NCBI GenBank assembly: GCA_003693705.1
Contig: RBZT01000861.1
Coordinates: 1-64,000 of the forward strand
Direction of reading: 5' to 3'
From: Polymyxa betae A26-41
Taxonomy: Eukaryota > Protista > Endomyxa: Phytomyxea
DNA length: 64,000 nt
Position numbers and translations under genes: made by a program. The notes beneath the pieces were generated by a model, which saw nothing but the letters and a program-made list of their open reading frames with translations, made no database searches and was not told the origin of the DNA. Positions 11,217 to 25,122 of this stretch are shown one piece after another; position 1 is the first letter of the stretch, and the number at the start of each line of letters is the position of its first letter.

Positions 11217-12769
11217 TTAGATTGTGGGAGTTGGCACCTCTGCTTTCGTGGCGGTATAGCATAAAGGCCATCTTTGTTGATAGCCAATCGTTAATGGATC
11301 GCGATGGCCCAGTTCGAACTTCATCTTTCCTGTGTAGGCGATCAAGGCGCCGTTATCGCCGCAGAACTGAGCCGGTGGGCAGACGAACTAAAAGGCAACA
11401 TCAATCGAGAGGAGAAACATTCAACATCGATAAAGCGGTTACGTGCAGATTATGCTCTTCGGCGACGGTTTTGATGCAATTCTGGATGGCGACGTTGCAA
11501 GCGACACCGCCGCCCAGAACGATACTCGTGAAGCCAGAATCGCTTCGCGCTTTCAGCGCACGTCTGAGCCTTGAACGTAGCTGACCGATGACCGATCGCT
11601 GGAAGGCGCAGGCGATATCAGCGACAACGTCCTTGGTTAAAGGCGCCGTCAATTGTTCGATCTCTCTGCGAACTGCGGCCTGAACGCGATCAGATTCGAT
11701 CCGGATGATCGCGGGCAATGCACCTTGAGCCCGGAGAACGAGAAGTTGCAATCAGTTCGGCGCAACATGGAGACTGGAAATTCGAAGTGATTCGGTCTGG
11801 TAGAGGCGGCCGCCGCCCTCTCCAAAGCACGACCAGCCGAACATCCGTTTTCCGGCTCGATGCCCAGCAGCCTCGCTACTTTATCATAGGCTTCTCCTAA
11901 CAAACCAATTTAGCAAAATAATTATTACAAAAAATAATGGATAATTAACAGGAATTTTGAAATTTGTTTTTTGGAAACCAACAATTGGACAGATAGCGTA
12001 CCAATAGCATCATCCATTGTGCTGCCTAAAAGCTCATATTGGCCGAGACCCTTCACGACGATCGCTTGTGTATGACCGCCCGATAATATCAGGCCCAGAT
12101 ACGGGAACTGCAAATCTGCATCAGGGCGTCAGATGTGTGAAGACACGAATGCGAAGGGCGATTTCGACCCTCTCTCAGGTGATGGTTGATCATCAGGTGC
12201 GCTTCCAGATGGTTGACGGCGACCAACGGAGCCGAGAACGCCTCGCAGATGCCCTTGGCGAATTCCAGACCCGCCTTCAGCAAAAATCTTTCATTAAAGA
12301 CCTTTAAAATGTACGAGCGTTCATACATGCAGACAGGGACCCAATCCAGGACCAGCAGCAACAGCAACGGCATCGAGGCTGAGGTCGCGATTTCGCTGCA
12401 AATGAAGCTGCTTGAGCATGCTGGAGAACAGAAGCGGAAGATTGACTTCGTGTTCTCTGGCGGCGAGAATCGGGACGACGCCGCCGTGCTCCCGAACCTA
12501 TCTCTGGTTAGGATTCGCAGGCTCGTCCAGTATCTGCATACCAAATCCCATTGTGATGCGGTCTTCGACCAAACAATCCGATCGTTGTCGATTAGAGCGA
12601 TCCCGCTTTCGTCACATGTACTTTCAATCCCTAAAATGTTCGCCAGAAAAGTTACTAAGAAGGCGATTGGCTCGAGATAGGCCATCATGATACCCAATAT
12701 ACGAAGCGTCCGCCTGGACAAGCATGCCTGCAATCTAGATGACCGCCGCCATCGGCCAAGGCATTGCAT
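11217..12769 (-). CDS. OSGEPL1: Mitochondrial tRNA t6A synthase Qri7/OSGEPL1 (TsaD/Kae1 family)
   Basis: [49 protein letters not shown] and CGDNGALIA motifs, plus an Arg-rich presequence. Confidence 0.93.
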
Positions 12770-13185
12770 TGTTCAAGCCCAGGAATAGATTACAGCGCGA
12801 CGAGCCTGGTGAAAAAATTGCCGAAGCCTCGATGCCGCCAACCCGAGAAGCGAGATATTGCCAGAAAACGACATTCGAGAGTTTTATTTGAATAAATCTT
12901 TCAAATTTCCAGCAATATATTGTTTTACAATTTCAATGGTTTTGTCTTTTTATGCAGAATTATACTGGTTGGATTTCCAGCGTTCGGTCAGCACTTGATG
13001 TGATGAGGCTGCAGCGTTAGGGGTCACCCCATGACCCCATGTTACGAGTATGAGGACATGAGCAGAGAGGCAGGCGGCCCCTCGATCCACTGCCAGCCGC
13101 TTACCCGTTAGGGTTTGTGCACAGCAGCACAGAGTCCAGATTAGGGGTTCCAGTGGTCATCTCGACCATCTCTCTCACTTCTCTA

Positions 13186-14454
13186 ATGGGGTGGTCGTCA
13201 ACGCCCGCCTTCGCCCTCGATTGCGATCGATATGACCAATCATCCTACCTTGGTCGAGGTCTGCCTTGTTGATCCGATCATCTTCGAATGCGAGGCTGAC
13301 CTTCGTTGTAGTGTTGAAATTCATCGATGTCACCCACCCCAGGAATCTGCTCGCCACCGATGACCAGGTCGCCGAATACAAATCCATCATCGACCATTTC
13401 CGCCGAACGGGCAAGGCGCCCGATGGAGTTTCCGACGACAACCTCTGGACGGCGCGCTCGGCTCTAGAATCTATCGTCCATCCCGATAATGGCAATCTGA
13501 TACCATTGCCTTTTCGGTCCTCCAGTTTTTCGTATCGAACTCAATCTGCTGAAAAATCTTCAGATTTTCTGCTTTTGTTCCCGTCAATCTTCCAATATGT
13601 GTTGGGATGCTAACCGCCACCACAATCCCGTCGACCATATTTTGGCAATGGATCAATCAGTCGGTTGGCGTTGTTTTGATAGCCTGTATTAGTTGCTCTA
13701 AGCGCCTCGTTTTCAGTATAACGTCGCGGTGAATCACGCGAATCGAAATGCTTCGAACCCGATGTCGAACGAGCAGATTGCGAAAGCGTACTGTGGAGCT
13801 GTCGGTGTTTCATGCGGTTTATCGGTTGGCCTCAGTCAGGTGAGTCTCTTTGCTGCTTCGATGTAATCTATTGAACCCTGTTCAGATAGCGCAACGTGCC
13901 AATTTGGCGCTTTTCAGGCAGTTTGTTCCATTCATTGCTGTGGCCAGCGCCGGAGCATTCAATGTCATTCTAATGAGGTATAACGAATTGACAGAAGGCA
14001 TTGAAATCAAGGACGAAGAAGGCACCGTATTCGGAAAGGTATTGAGATAATATTGTTACTCTCGAATCTCGTTCTGATCGGAATTAGTCGCAAGCAGCAG
14101 GTCGCTCTGCTCTAACACAAGTGGCTTTAACACGAATTGCACTTCCGTACTGGGCGCTTTACTACACGTTTTCAGTCGTTTGACTTTGTTATTAGTGCTC
14201 CTATATTGATTATTCCACCCTTGATTATGAACGCATTGGCGAAGGCAAACAAAATTCCCACTGGTCGTTTGGGTCGCCTGTTTGTCGAAACGAGCGTTAT
14301 CACCGCATGTCTAGCGATGGCTGTCCCGTTGGCAATCGGGCTATTCCCGCAGCATGGCAGAATCGACGCTGCGGATGTTGAGAAGGACTTCCAAGGGCAT
14401 CGCGATAAGAAAGGCAATCCAGTCATGCGGTTCATCTACAACAAAGGCCTGTAA
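13186..14454 (+). CDS. SFXN: Sideroflexin (mitochondrial tricarboxylate/serine carrier family)
   Basis: HPDNGNLIPLPFR, IFWQWINQS, NHANRNAS, FVPFIAVASA, MRYNELTEGI and a terminal YNKGL. Confidence 0.93.
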
Positions 14455-14497
14455 AGCGCCCAGCACTACTTTTTCTGATAAACATGGCGAGTTCTAA

Positions 14498-15238
14498 CTA
14501 ATCTGAGAAACACCGAGTTGATGAGCTGAGGGCGGCAGCCGCGACATTGATTTCAAAGTAGATATCCGCGATCTGGGCTCCATACAATGGCAATAAGGAA
14601 TGATCTACCATTGTGCATCATTCTATCTGCTACTCATATCCATTACTTTTGCCATTACCGATCTTGACCAGTCCCTGCCTCTGCAAATTGATCCGGTCAC
14701 TGAGAATACACATGAAGAATAACAATCTCTCACTCTCAACCGGGTTCGACATGGCGATTGCATTTGAAAGAATATTGAGTTTAAACAGAGCAAAATGCTC
14801 GATTTCGAACAACGATGCATTTAGGATGTACGCCTCCGGTGGCAGATACGGCTTTAAACGAGAAAGGAGGCTAATAACTGCTAACATTCAACAGATTCGC
14901 ATTAGAATGTGATACGAATAAGGTTGGAATACGCCAGAGATAAGAGAATAGATGGTGTAGTAATCATGACCCATATAACAGATCTGATTTTACTGGCCAG
15001 AATCTACATAGCCTTTAAGCCAGCATCACCCCCTCTCATACCCAGCCAATGGAATGACGAGTTCTAACGACCAGTTACGTATTCCTAATAACCAACGAAT
15101 ATGGACGATTTCATCGAGAGCGCTTGCGGATTGCAACGGTTTAGACACCAAGCTACCTAAGACGACGCAACTGACATTTTGGTCATGCCGCCATCTGGCA
15201 GTACCCGTCATCCCGTCCGTACCCGAATCTGCCCCCAT
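14498..15238 (-). CDS. Hypothetical multi-exon protein
   Basis: Open exons (PLAGYERG; AVISLLSRLKPYLPPEAYILNASLFEIEHF...; NHSLLPLYGAQIADIYFEINV...) are separated by short GT-AG gaps. No family recognised and the start is uncertain. Confidence 0.4.
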
Positions 15239-15381
15239 ACTGGCCCCCGAGATCGGGGAGGCGAGACGATTGCGCGGAGTTTGAACTTAGGCGATTGCGC
15301 ACCACCTCCGGTTGTGTTGTTGTGTTTGTTGTTGTTGGTTGGTTGGTTGTGGTGACCGTCGACCGACCGACGAGTAGCGTC

Positions 15382-16541
15382 ATGGCAACGCCCGAGTATG
15401 AGGAGAACGAAGAAGTACTGGCCCATCGTATGTTGGCCGGCGCTAGATTGCCGCCGTCCCTGCCTAACGATTGATAGATGGTCCGTGTATTTATGCTGCC
15501 AAGATCGTGAAGATCGCCCCGGCCGAAGAAAACCCGGAAGAATTCCAGTATCGGGTGCATTATCTGAAATGGAATAAATCGTAATCCGATGGCTGAGCTT
15601 GTTTGCTGATCGTTGATATTTGACGGGGCCTAGATGGGACGAATGGGTTCGTGGCGATCGGCTGATGAAGAAGACCGAGGACAACATGAAGAAGATGGAT
15701 GAGGTCAAGAAACAGGTTGAAGAGGTGCTGAAAACCGGCAAGAGCCGCAAACCGAGCACAAAGAAAAGGAGGATATCGACTGAGCCGGGAATAGAGAAAC
15801 CCGACCTCAAAAAAGACGAAGTAACTTTTCTGATTTTCAGGATTTTGTAATTTGAATTTTCTGTACTGTAATCGCTTCACGAAAACATTTCTGATGGCAG
15901 CGTAGATCGCCCAGCTATCAATGCCAGCTAGCTTAAAGGCGGCTTTAATCGCTGATTGGGAGGCCATCTGCAAAAACAAGCTGCTCATCGATGTTCCCGT
16001 TAAACCCAATATTGATTCCATTATCGATGATTACATCGTTTCCAAGGTCGTCTCTGCTGTCTTCTTCCCATCATCCCAGCTGACCTTGCTGTTTAGCCAC
16101 GTTCGGCTGAAGATCAGAAAGAAGTCGTTGATGTCATGAATGGACTTCGCGTCTATTTCGAGAGGTCGTTGGCTACCAGACTTCTGTATGACTATGAGAG
16201 ACCACAGTTCAATCGGGTCAGTACGGAGCATGGGACGATGCCGCTCTCGAGCTTGTATGGCGTCCAGCATCTGCTACGGTTATTCGTGTTGTTGCCAACG
16301 TTAATGGTGCATTCCGATATGGACGTGGAACACACTCAAAAGCTGATCTCGAAGATCTCGCCTTTGTTAAAGTCTCGATCGAAATTCGTTGCATACTGAG
16401 AGAACTAATATGATTCTGTATAGGTATATAGCCAAGAATCTACCGTCAATGGATTCGAAGAAGTATATCCCGATGTCCAGCGAATATTTGGAGGAATTAC
16501 GCGGTGATAGCCACGCCGATGCCGACGATAAAGAATCCTGA
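15382..16541 (+). CDS. EAF3: Eaf3/MRG15 chromo-barrel + MRG domain protein
   Basis: Spliced HGPCIYAAKI...YRVHYLKWNKSWDEWV. MRG domain LKAALIADWE, GLRVYFERSL...LLYDYER, YGVQHLLRLFV. Confidence 0.93.
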
Positions 16542-17017
16542 AGGCGCTGCGTTGTGTGAAAAAGCTTAATCGCGCTTAAATACTTATTTCAATGGATCTA
16601 TAACACGATCTGAGTTTATAATACGTTTTATCCCTCTATAATCATGAGCGTTTTCTCTTAGACAATTTCGTACCAGAACTCTGTCCTATGCTTCTGGCGT
16701 TAACGTTCTTCTTTCGTATAGAGGTTGCAGATCGGCTTCATTTTTTGATAGAATGTGGCTTGCGTAGTCTCAAATTCTTGAACGATGTTTACCAGGAATT
16801 TCCAGCTTATTTCAATTGCCGTACTGCGATCTTACCTCGACGGCACCAACGGTCGAGGCCGACGAATCGCTTCGTTGGAGCCGGTATAGGCTTCATCATG
16901 GAGTGATGCGTTTGGTCTTTGACGACGGCTAGCAGGACGCGCATGAAGGCGAAAGTGAGTTTTATCGAGGTTTGCTAACAATAAATACAAAAGATCAATA
17001 AATAGATATCGCTCCGA

Positions 17018-17965
17018 TTAGAGCAACGACCAAGTTTCTTGAAGATTTGAGTTCAGGACTAACACTGATATAGAATGTCAATCAAATGGCGAATGCATTG
17101 GCAAGCCGTTTACGCTTCTGAATCAGAACAGCAGTCCTGACGATTTCTTCGTCGATCTTGCTTGCTGCAACCGATGCTTTACAAACAACAACTAATGTTG
17201 ACCTGTCAACTGCAAGCAGAACAACTCGAACGTTCTGATTATGTAAACTGATGTGAACCGGCTGATCTCGTTGTGCATTCACTAAACAGATGTCAACGGT
17301 AAATCCTTCCTATCTATAAAACGTCATACTGATGTCAGAAGCGGCACCGAGAAGCGCCTCTAAATTTGCCACCACCTAGCTGGAAATGATTCGCGATTCT
17401 TCAAAGCGACAACAAAGACATACTCCGACTCGATCGATCTCATGTGTTGAATAGAGTAGAGTATCTCCAGAGACTATTAAGCCAAGCAGGACGCCATTCA
17501 CCAGTGTTAGCATATCAAGCGCTGGACGAATCGAGCTGCGAATCGAGTCGCTGATACGATGATTGAATCCGCTAAAATCTTTCAGATTGGCGCTGATCTG
17601 AACTAATTGGGACGAATATTGCTGAACGAACGAGTTTAGAATCTCCAGCGCTAAAATACGACCAAATATCGGGCCCTATGGTGCTAATATCAGCAAATAC
17701 AAACAGGCAGTTGGAGGCTGTTTCTAACATCTGATTTATCATAGAACAATGAGCATGATACTTTGCATTTAGCATCGGAATGGATCGCCACAGAGACGTT
17801 CTTCAGCTCGATCAGCGAGACCGGATACCCAGTACGAATCACCGACGACTTCAACATGGCCGTGATCAGACCGCCCAGGAGTCGAGGCTGGGGCAAGGTC
17901 GCTGTGAAATCCTTGGCGAACAAGACAATCCCTGACGACGACACGATCAGGAGATTCCGCAGCAT
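17018..17965 (-). CDS. Uncharacterised protein with an N-terminal longin-like fold
   Basis: MLRNLLIVSSSGIVLFAKDF...LLGGLITAML follows the longin beta-beta-alpha pattern. Multi-exon with GT-AG introns. Confidence 0.65.
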
Positions 17966-18640
17966 CGTCACACGATGCCTTTGCTTAAAGGAGATTGTCG
18001 ATAGCACCTAGCTAAGGGCGTCCTTTACAGCTGTTTCGTGTTTGACAGATTCCGGGCCAAGGGCGCAACCCGGCTTTGGGGCGATGGGGTCGCATCAACC
18101 CTAAAACCCTAATCGAGCTCGTGTTGTTTAAAGCCTGATTTGAGCGAATGGCGCTTTGAAAGGATATCAAACACATAGCTGCACTATACATTGATTCTGA
18201 TCGGTCCCGTCTCTAAACTCGCGGTTTCTTTTTCAACAATGCATGTTTGTTACCTCTCCAGTTTGTTGCTCTCTCAAGCGGCTCTGTTCGTATCTTGCAT
18301 TATTTCATTATTGATGCATCGTCTGTAATGAAGTGAATGTCAATCAAGCAGAAAAAGATGCTGAAAACCAGAAGAGATCATAGAAGCGACGTTAGAGAAA
18401 ACCGGAATTCATGAATCAAGTCGAACCATGAAAGGAGCAGAAACGAAGGTCGGTGCCTTTCTCGTCGTTCAAAATCCATTAGAGCGCCATGCAGTCTGAA
18501 TGCTGATTATGGACAAATTCAGCGAAGTTAACAAAGAACCCAAACGGTACGAAAGCAGATTGTTATGATTCGATTGAAGCTCTAATAAGGAAATGTCTCT
18601 GTAATAGATTGATGCTTAGAGATTCATTAAGCAAGGGAGG

Positions 18641-19099
18641 TCATGGGCTGGCCGGCAAAATGGCGCCGGACGATGCCAAGAAATTCCGAATATCACGAAG
18701 CAGGCTCTTTTCCTGAATGGCGCCATTCTCCAAGATACAGAGAATCTCAATTGGCAGCGGTCGCGTCCCTGTATCCAGATCGCATAAACGTTCGGCGGCC
18801 AACCCGATCTCATTGCCGTACAGGACCAGGCGCACGGACGACGTCTTCTTGACGGGCGCATCCGAGACGGCTCGCGAACGTAGGTTTTCGATCGGTTCGT
18901 CGGCCCGAACGTCGAACGACCAGGTCTTCAGGTCCTGACCGGCGAACGCTGCAAACTGGACCCGGACCTTGGTATGGACGTCCTTAGGCTGCAGATAGAC
19001 CTTACCCCATTTCAGCTGGACGCAGACCGCCCTGCAAGGTGTCAGGCCCGGCTGTCGCTCACCGAACCCGAACGGGGTCCAGACATTATGGCCGCTCAT
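18641..19099 (-). CDS. Hypothetical protein, possible ubiquitin-like fold
   Basis: 152-aa ATG-initiated ORF with coding-like composition. FDVRADEPIENLRSR...VRLVLYGNEI weakly resembles a ubiquitin-like domain. Confidence 0.55.
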   Translation of the reverse strand: MSGHNVWTPFGFGERQPGLTPCRAVCVQLKWGKVYLQPKDVHTKVRVQFAAFAGQDLKTWSFDVRADEPIENLRSRAVSDAPVKKTSSVRLVLYGNEIGLAAERLCDLDTGTRPLPIEILCILENGAIQEKSLLRDIRNFLASSGAILPASP

Positions 19100-19404
19100 A
19101 GTCGGATCTGGGCCGGGGGGCAGTACGCCCTGCTGCGATCAAGAAATATCTCAGCCTGGTCCCGATGGATTATTACTCAATCGGGAACTGTTACACGGTC
19201 CGATCCAGAAATTTCTCGAATATCAACTCGGTTGTAGTTCATGGTCCGAGTTGCGAGACCGATTTGGCGTGATGAAAGTGTTGTTATTGCAGCAAATCGT
19301 GATGGACGGAGGACTCGAGATTGTAGACTTTGAAGGGGTGAATTAATTGTGTTTGTTGGGCAACCCAATGTCATCTCGTGTTTATTATGCTTTACGGCTT
19401 GCGC

Positions 19405-22400
19405 TTAATCAGTCTCCATCTTCGAAATACTCGCATCCGGATTCTTTTTCAAAATGACGAATCCTTCCAGAACGGATGAGACCGGAATGTATTCGTCTGT
19501 AGCTAATTCTGCCCGCTCATTATAGCCCAACAGTACCGGGGTCGTATGAGTCTGTAAAAAATTAAGTTCAATTGTTGTGAGATTTGAAAATATCGACCTG
19601 GAATCCAGTGATTGTCTTCGGTGAACCGGCCTGACCAACCGTATCGACAGCTTGACCAACACGAACTGACACCGGCAATGGGTTCAAGTTCTCATCCAAT
19701 GTCGTTAACATTCGGGGACGGATGGCCGTTACAATCGTATACAGAAGATAGTGGCGCTCGCCGAGAATGGTGTTCTTCATGTCGAGGGAGTGTAGGAAAA
19801 GAGAAAGAAGACCCCCCAGTCCAACCTAAGAAGAGTGAGCTTAAAAAGAGATAGTAATAATCAAACAGATACCTTGGAAACTAAGAGCCCATCAGAATAA
19901 TAAGGTAGGAGACTCAGCAGCCCTTTGCCAAGATGAAGGAAACCTTGAGCGATCCTGACGAGAAATAGGTGATTTGGTTCTTTATGGTAATAAACCGCCA
20001 GTTGTCTTAACATCTGAGCAAACCGATTGTCAAAGCAAATAAAGAGCACGTTGAAATCAATACCTGAGCAATCCGAGAGTTGTTTGTACCAGCACCGACC
20101 AATCCTAAAGCCAGACAGGCATTTTGTGATACCTAACAAGCCAATTAAATGCCTTAGAGTATAAAAATGGTTTAAAGACCTCTTCATCATGGTCGTGACT
20201 GAGTTTTGATAAGGTCTCGACAACAGCAACTTGAGGGTTTGAGATGGAGATAAGGCCAAGAGCCAAAGGAATGGCTCGCCGGGGTACAACCTTAGAAAGG
20301 CAGTTACAATGTTTTCGAAAGAATTGCATGGATTGCTACCTCACAGTATTGAAGCATATTGTCAAAGGTTCTTAGTACCATGGCAGCACCAAGCGGCTCA
20401 CCAAGCGCTATGGCTGCAATTCCAAGAACAGCTGCAGCCTGATGCTTGCTTTCCTCTTCTTTCTCAATATGTTCACCGACAATACTGAGAAATTTTTGGA
20501 CTTGAAGGACATTGCCTGTGCCAGCAAATGCACAAGTCTGATGAACATCGTGAGAGACAGCTAATAAGAATTTAATCATGATACCTGAACGACAATTTCG
20601 GTAAACTTCTTGATGGGATGCTCGATCACGCTCAGTGCTTCCACGATGGCTTCAGACGATTCACCTTTGCCAAGGTACAGCAGACCAAGACCAATGGACA
20701 AGAATCGTGCACAGCTATCATCAAGCTCTGTTGACGAACGTTCCATGAGACATTCAAGAATTGCACCAGATATCTGAGAATACCAATTAATTTCCAAAGC
20801 AAACAGAAAACAATAAAGAAGACGCAAACCTCATCACTAGACGATCCAGCATTCACTAATCCTAACGCAAGTGCAGTTTGACCAGTAATTTCCTGTAAAA
20901 TGTGACTTTGTGCAGGACTTCGATTCAAATACTTACGATAGACTGAGACGAATCAGAAAGAACGGGCATCAGCAATTCATTGACATCCTCTTTTTCTGTG
21001 CCAGCGTAAGACAGTCCCAAACCCATAATGGAGCTAATTTTCATATGCCTAGTCAGGACATAAGTATTGAGCTAATTATTTACCATAATTGAATACTTTG
21101 AAGAGTTGTCGATAACTTCGGAAAGAAGACCGAATGCAGCATCCATTTCACTCGATACTCCAGATGAAACTATACCGGTTGCAAGCAACGCACCAGCTCG
21201 TAAATACTCCTAAAAAGAGAATCAGAGTATATTCGACAATAAGCACAAACATGGCGCCGACCTGTGTATTATACGAGTACTTGTCAATGGTTGAGAAACC
21301 AGCTTCAAGATCCCACAAGAGGATCATTCCGACAGATGCTGTCGCGCTTAGCATACCGTGTTCCTGCATAATGTCAAAAGGCAAAACAAAGTCACTTCAA
21401 CCACCCACCTTGTTCTTATACATCCACTCTGATCCTTCGGGCAACATCAAGAGATCGTTTCCGAAACCTGCGTTGACGAAAGCGTTGACGAAGGTTGAGG
21501 CCAGGTTCTGTTTGGCAGAGTCAACAGTAACCGCGCTGGCTAAACAACAAATCAGTAAATGTGGAAATTGAGCAACTCTCATTACTGTTTTTCTTTCTTG
21601 AAGAACGAGATGAATCTGTTAAATGCGATTTGTAAATGTCCTCAGGCGATTTAGGCTCCAAAACATCGAGTTCTTTTGCAAGCTGCAGGAAATGTTGATG
21701 TAGCTTCGCGTTGCCCATGATTTCCATCATCTCTTCGTCGTCTTCATATTCAGCCAAGACTAACTTCTGAGAGGCTAGGATGAATCCCAGCTGCTTCAAA
21801 ACAACAGGATCTTTGCATGATTTGAAAACCTAATGCACAGATTAAAAGAGGCCTGCTTGTTCTGGATATCTTATCAGACCTCAGATATCGACTGTCGAGA
21901 ATTCATTTTTATGGCAACACGAAGGGCATCAGGAAGAGCCCCACTCTGTTCAGATTTGTCATTAAAAATTGGAGCAAAAATAAAGCTCGTACATTCGCGT
22001 AAATATCATAAACCACTTTAAGGGTCTTTAATTGCTCTTCAGAATCAACAACGTAGTTAGACGTTCGAAGCAGATATTGGCAAGTCTTATTGTAGTTGTC
22101 TGGTTTAATTAGTTTGTGAATCTTCTCCAAGCTGTCAACTCTGAAAAAATACACACTATGAGCTGTGAATGAAACAGCATAAATATAAGTACTCGATTAG
22201 AAGATCACAGGCTTCCGCTTCAGCATTTTGCAGCATATCGAACTGCAAAATTTCATCGATCAATGGCAGTAAATCATCGAGAGAGGCATCTCTTTCGGTC
22301 CGCTTGTTATATTCTAGACCGAGCTCTCCTGCGATAAATCTACAAAAAATAAGAAACGCCTTTCTTGAAGAAGTGTAAAAGCACAACCGAACATATTCGT

Positions 22401-23048
22401 GTCCCCAAGATCCGATTGGATCGCTAGAGCCCTGCAGCCGATACTTAAGGCTCTCGCCCTCTTCAATCTGAACAGTCATGCCAACAATAGAGATAATATC
22501 AGCAAGATATGCCTGGAGGATGATGAATAAGCAGTCAGCGAAATTTTGTGGCTTCAAAGATAAACCTTTTCTTCCTTTGTTTCCCATGAGCTTTGATACT
22601 GTTTAAACAAATCGTAATTGTCACGAAGAAATTTCAGCGGCTTTGGAACTGCAGTCATGGAAGATGTGGACGATCTAATTTCGTTCCGAATAACATTGAG
22701 AGTTTTAATGCGCTCTCCCGAACGAGCAGATTCTGCAAGTATCTGGATAAAAATTTTAAAATGGAATCAGCACTTGACGAGATAGATACCTCCATAAAAC
22801 CGTCTAGACGTTCCTTCAGAATCCGATCCTCTTCGGTCTGTAAAATCATCAGGTTGGATGTGGGCAAAAAACAATAAGAAAAAGCGAACCAATCCGGCAT
22901 AGGGGTCCTCTTTCTCAGGCTTCCCTGCAAGACTGGGGCGCTGGCTCAGAGGGATCTTCTCCTTCTCCAAACGCTTCTGCCTCTGCTCTTCGGTTTCTTC
23001 CTCAGCTGGGACCATGACCGTGGCTTCATTAGGATTATCAGCCGCCAT
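19405..23048 (-). CDS. RPN1: 26S proteasome regulatory subunit Rpn1/PSMD2 (many exons)
   Basis: [74 protein letters not shown] and THTTPVLL motifs. Confidence 0.97.
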
Positions 23049-23538
23049 AGCTTTGCTTAACCAGAATGGAACTGGAGCGAAATAAAAAGGACACCAAAAG
23101 TAGATTTAAAAAAGGCTGGGCTGCGACCGGCTTCTGTTACACCAGTACGAGAAAAGGACTCAAATATTTCTTGGGTTGGGTGGGGTGCTGGGGTGCGATA
23201 ATAGAAGTTCGGGGGGCTGGGGCCACCATGGCAGGGGGACCTTAATCTCCGTGGTGTTCTGTGCTTAACTTCAAAGCAGTCCATCTTGATGTTCAAATTT
23301 TCAAGCTCCGCTTTGCATTGGATTACCACATTGTGTATCCCAATTGAAATGTATTTTTCCAATCACCCTTGTTCAGGAATGATAGCAGATCCTAAGTGAG
23401 ATGTAACAATTGTCGATGCTGTGATCTTCCATCCTCAGGGGAATCGGGAATCTTAAAATTTAAATCATTGTGACGGCATTGGCGAGAATTTTTTTGATCG
23501 ATCAAAAAGTACTAAATTCCAGGCCATTTGGGCTTGGT

Positions 23539-25122
23539 ATGCCGCCGGCAACCATGCTTGATACAGGGTTACCTATCATAAATGGTAGCCAGGCCCGGTC
23601 AGCTTTCAGCAAGAAACAAGCAACGCAGCGTGGTGAGAAATCGCCCGAAAGAAAGCGTACGACGAATCGGGTTTCAAACAAAACAAAGCCCACGCAGCGA
23701 GTCTCGTCACCGAGAAAGACTTTTTCATCAAAAAAGTCGACGAAATTAAGCGAAGAGGAAATTTTGAAGCAGCAGCTGGAAGAGCTGAAATCCGGGCAGA
23801 AGCCAAAGGACAAACAGGTGATGGAGATTCTAATGCGATTGTATAGATTAGCTCACAAAAGCAACCAGATCTTTTGCCAGGAGCTACTTCTCGCCGGATT
23901 CGTGAATTCGTATGTGGAATTCTTCCATCTAACGCATCGTACTGATGACCAATCAAAATCGCCTATGACCATCGAGGAGCTCGAGTTCGTCAAAAAATGC
24001 TTGTCCGATTCGGAGACAGCCCATCGCCAAAGTGAGCTCTTACAAATGATGACATTCTAAAACTGAATAGCGCCTCCTCAGGTAATTCAGAAAATATGTA
24101 CCTGGCTTATAAGAAGATCGCCAACCATTTTGCTGGAAAAGACGATCCATCGACAGCAATCTATTTCTTCGAGAAATGCTTAGAGATTGCGGAGATGATG
24201 AACAATCCCAACCGAGAAGGCGAATCGAATCATTACCTCGGTCTGATGTTTGAAAAGTAATCGATATCAGGCTCGCGTCATTACGATTCTGATCAGGCCT
24301 CGCAGACTACATGATATCGCTGCTGCAATTCGCTTCCATGATCTACACCTAAAGGCAGCTCGTGATGCCGGCGATGACGAAGGAGTCATGCTTGCAGGAA
24401 GACATCTCACTCAAATTTATCGCGTTCAGGCAGAAGAATTGCAGGTTTGTCAGGAATATTTCAATGCAAATTGATGTCTGATGCATCTTTAGGAGGCAGG
24501 GCAGCTGCAACAATCTGTTGATAGTCTAAGCCGTTGTTTAGAAGCCGCTTTAGCAGCCGACGATCGTAAAGCTGAAGGCTACGCAAACTATAAGCTTGGG
24601 ACAACGCTGACGGCGCTTGGTGATGCTCGAAATTCGATTCCGTATCTGGAGAACTTTTTGCGAATCAGCAGGCAGATTCAAGATCGTATTGGAGAAGGAG
24701 ACGCTGAAGCAGCACTTGGTCGATCGTGCCGAACTCTGAAGGAGAAGGCCCGAGCTATACGACATTTCGAGGCGTATGTCGAGATCGCTACCGAAAGTCA
24801 TCGAGAGGACGCCCAACAAAAAGCATTCGGCGAACTTGGAAGTATTTACAGTGAATTAGGTAAAAAATAACATCTAAATAAGGATCATGGCTCAATCATT
24901 ACTACAGAGGATTATGACAAAGCAATACATTATTATGAGCGAAATTACCAATTAACAAGGACGCAAGGATCACATAAAGAGCTGGATCTGGCTAGAACCT
25001 GCCTAGGGATGGTTCGGGGCGATTTCCTGCTTCCCGAATACCTGCAGATTATTACCAAAGATGTTAACGCCCTGATTCAGTGGCAATGCACTCGTACGCC
25101 ATTCGTAAACGATTACCAATAA
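23539..25122 (+). CDS. TTC29: Tetratricopeptide repeat protein 29-like (flagellar)
   Basis: CQELLLAGFVNSYVEFFHL and AIYFFEKCLEIA followed by multiple TPR helices. C-terminal ALIQWQCTR. Confidence 0.75.

Noticed and set aside
16660-16980. Possible extra minus-strand exons (SWKFLVNIVQEFETTQ...)
   Set aside because: I could not link them in frame to a start codon or to the upstream gene.
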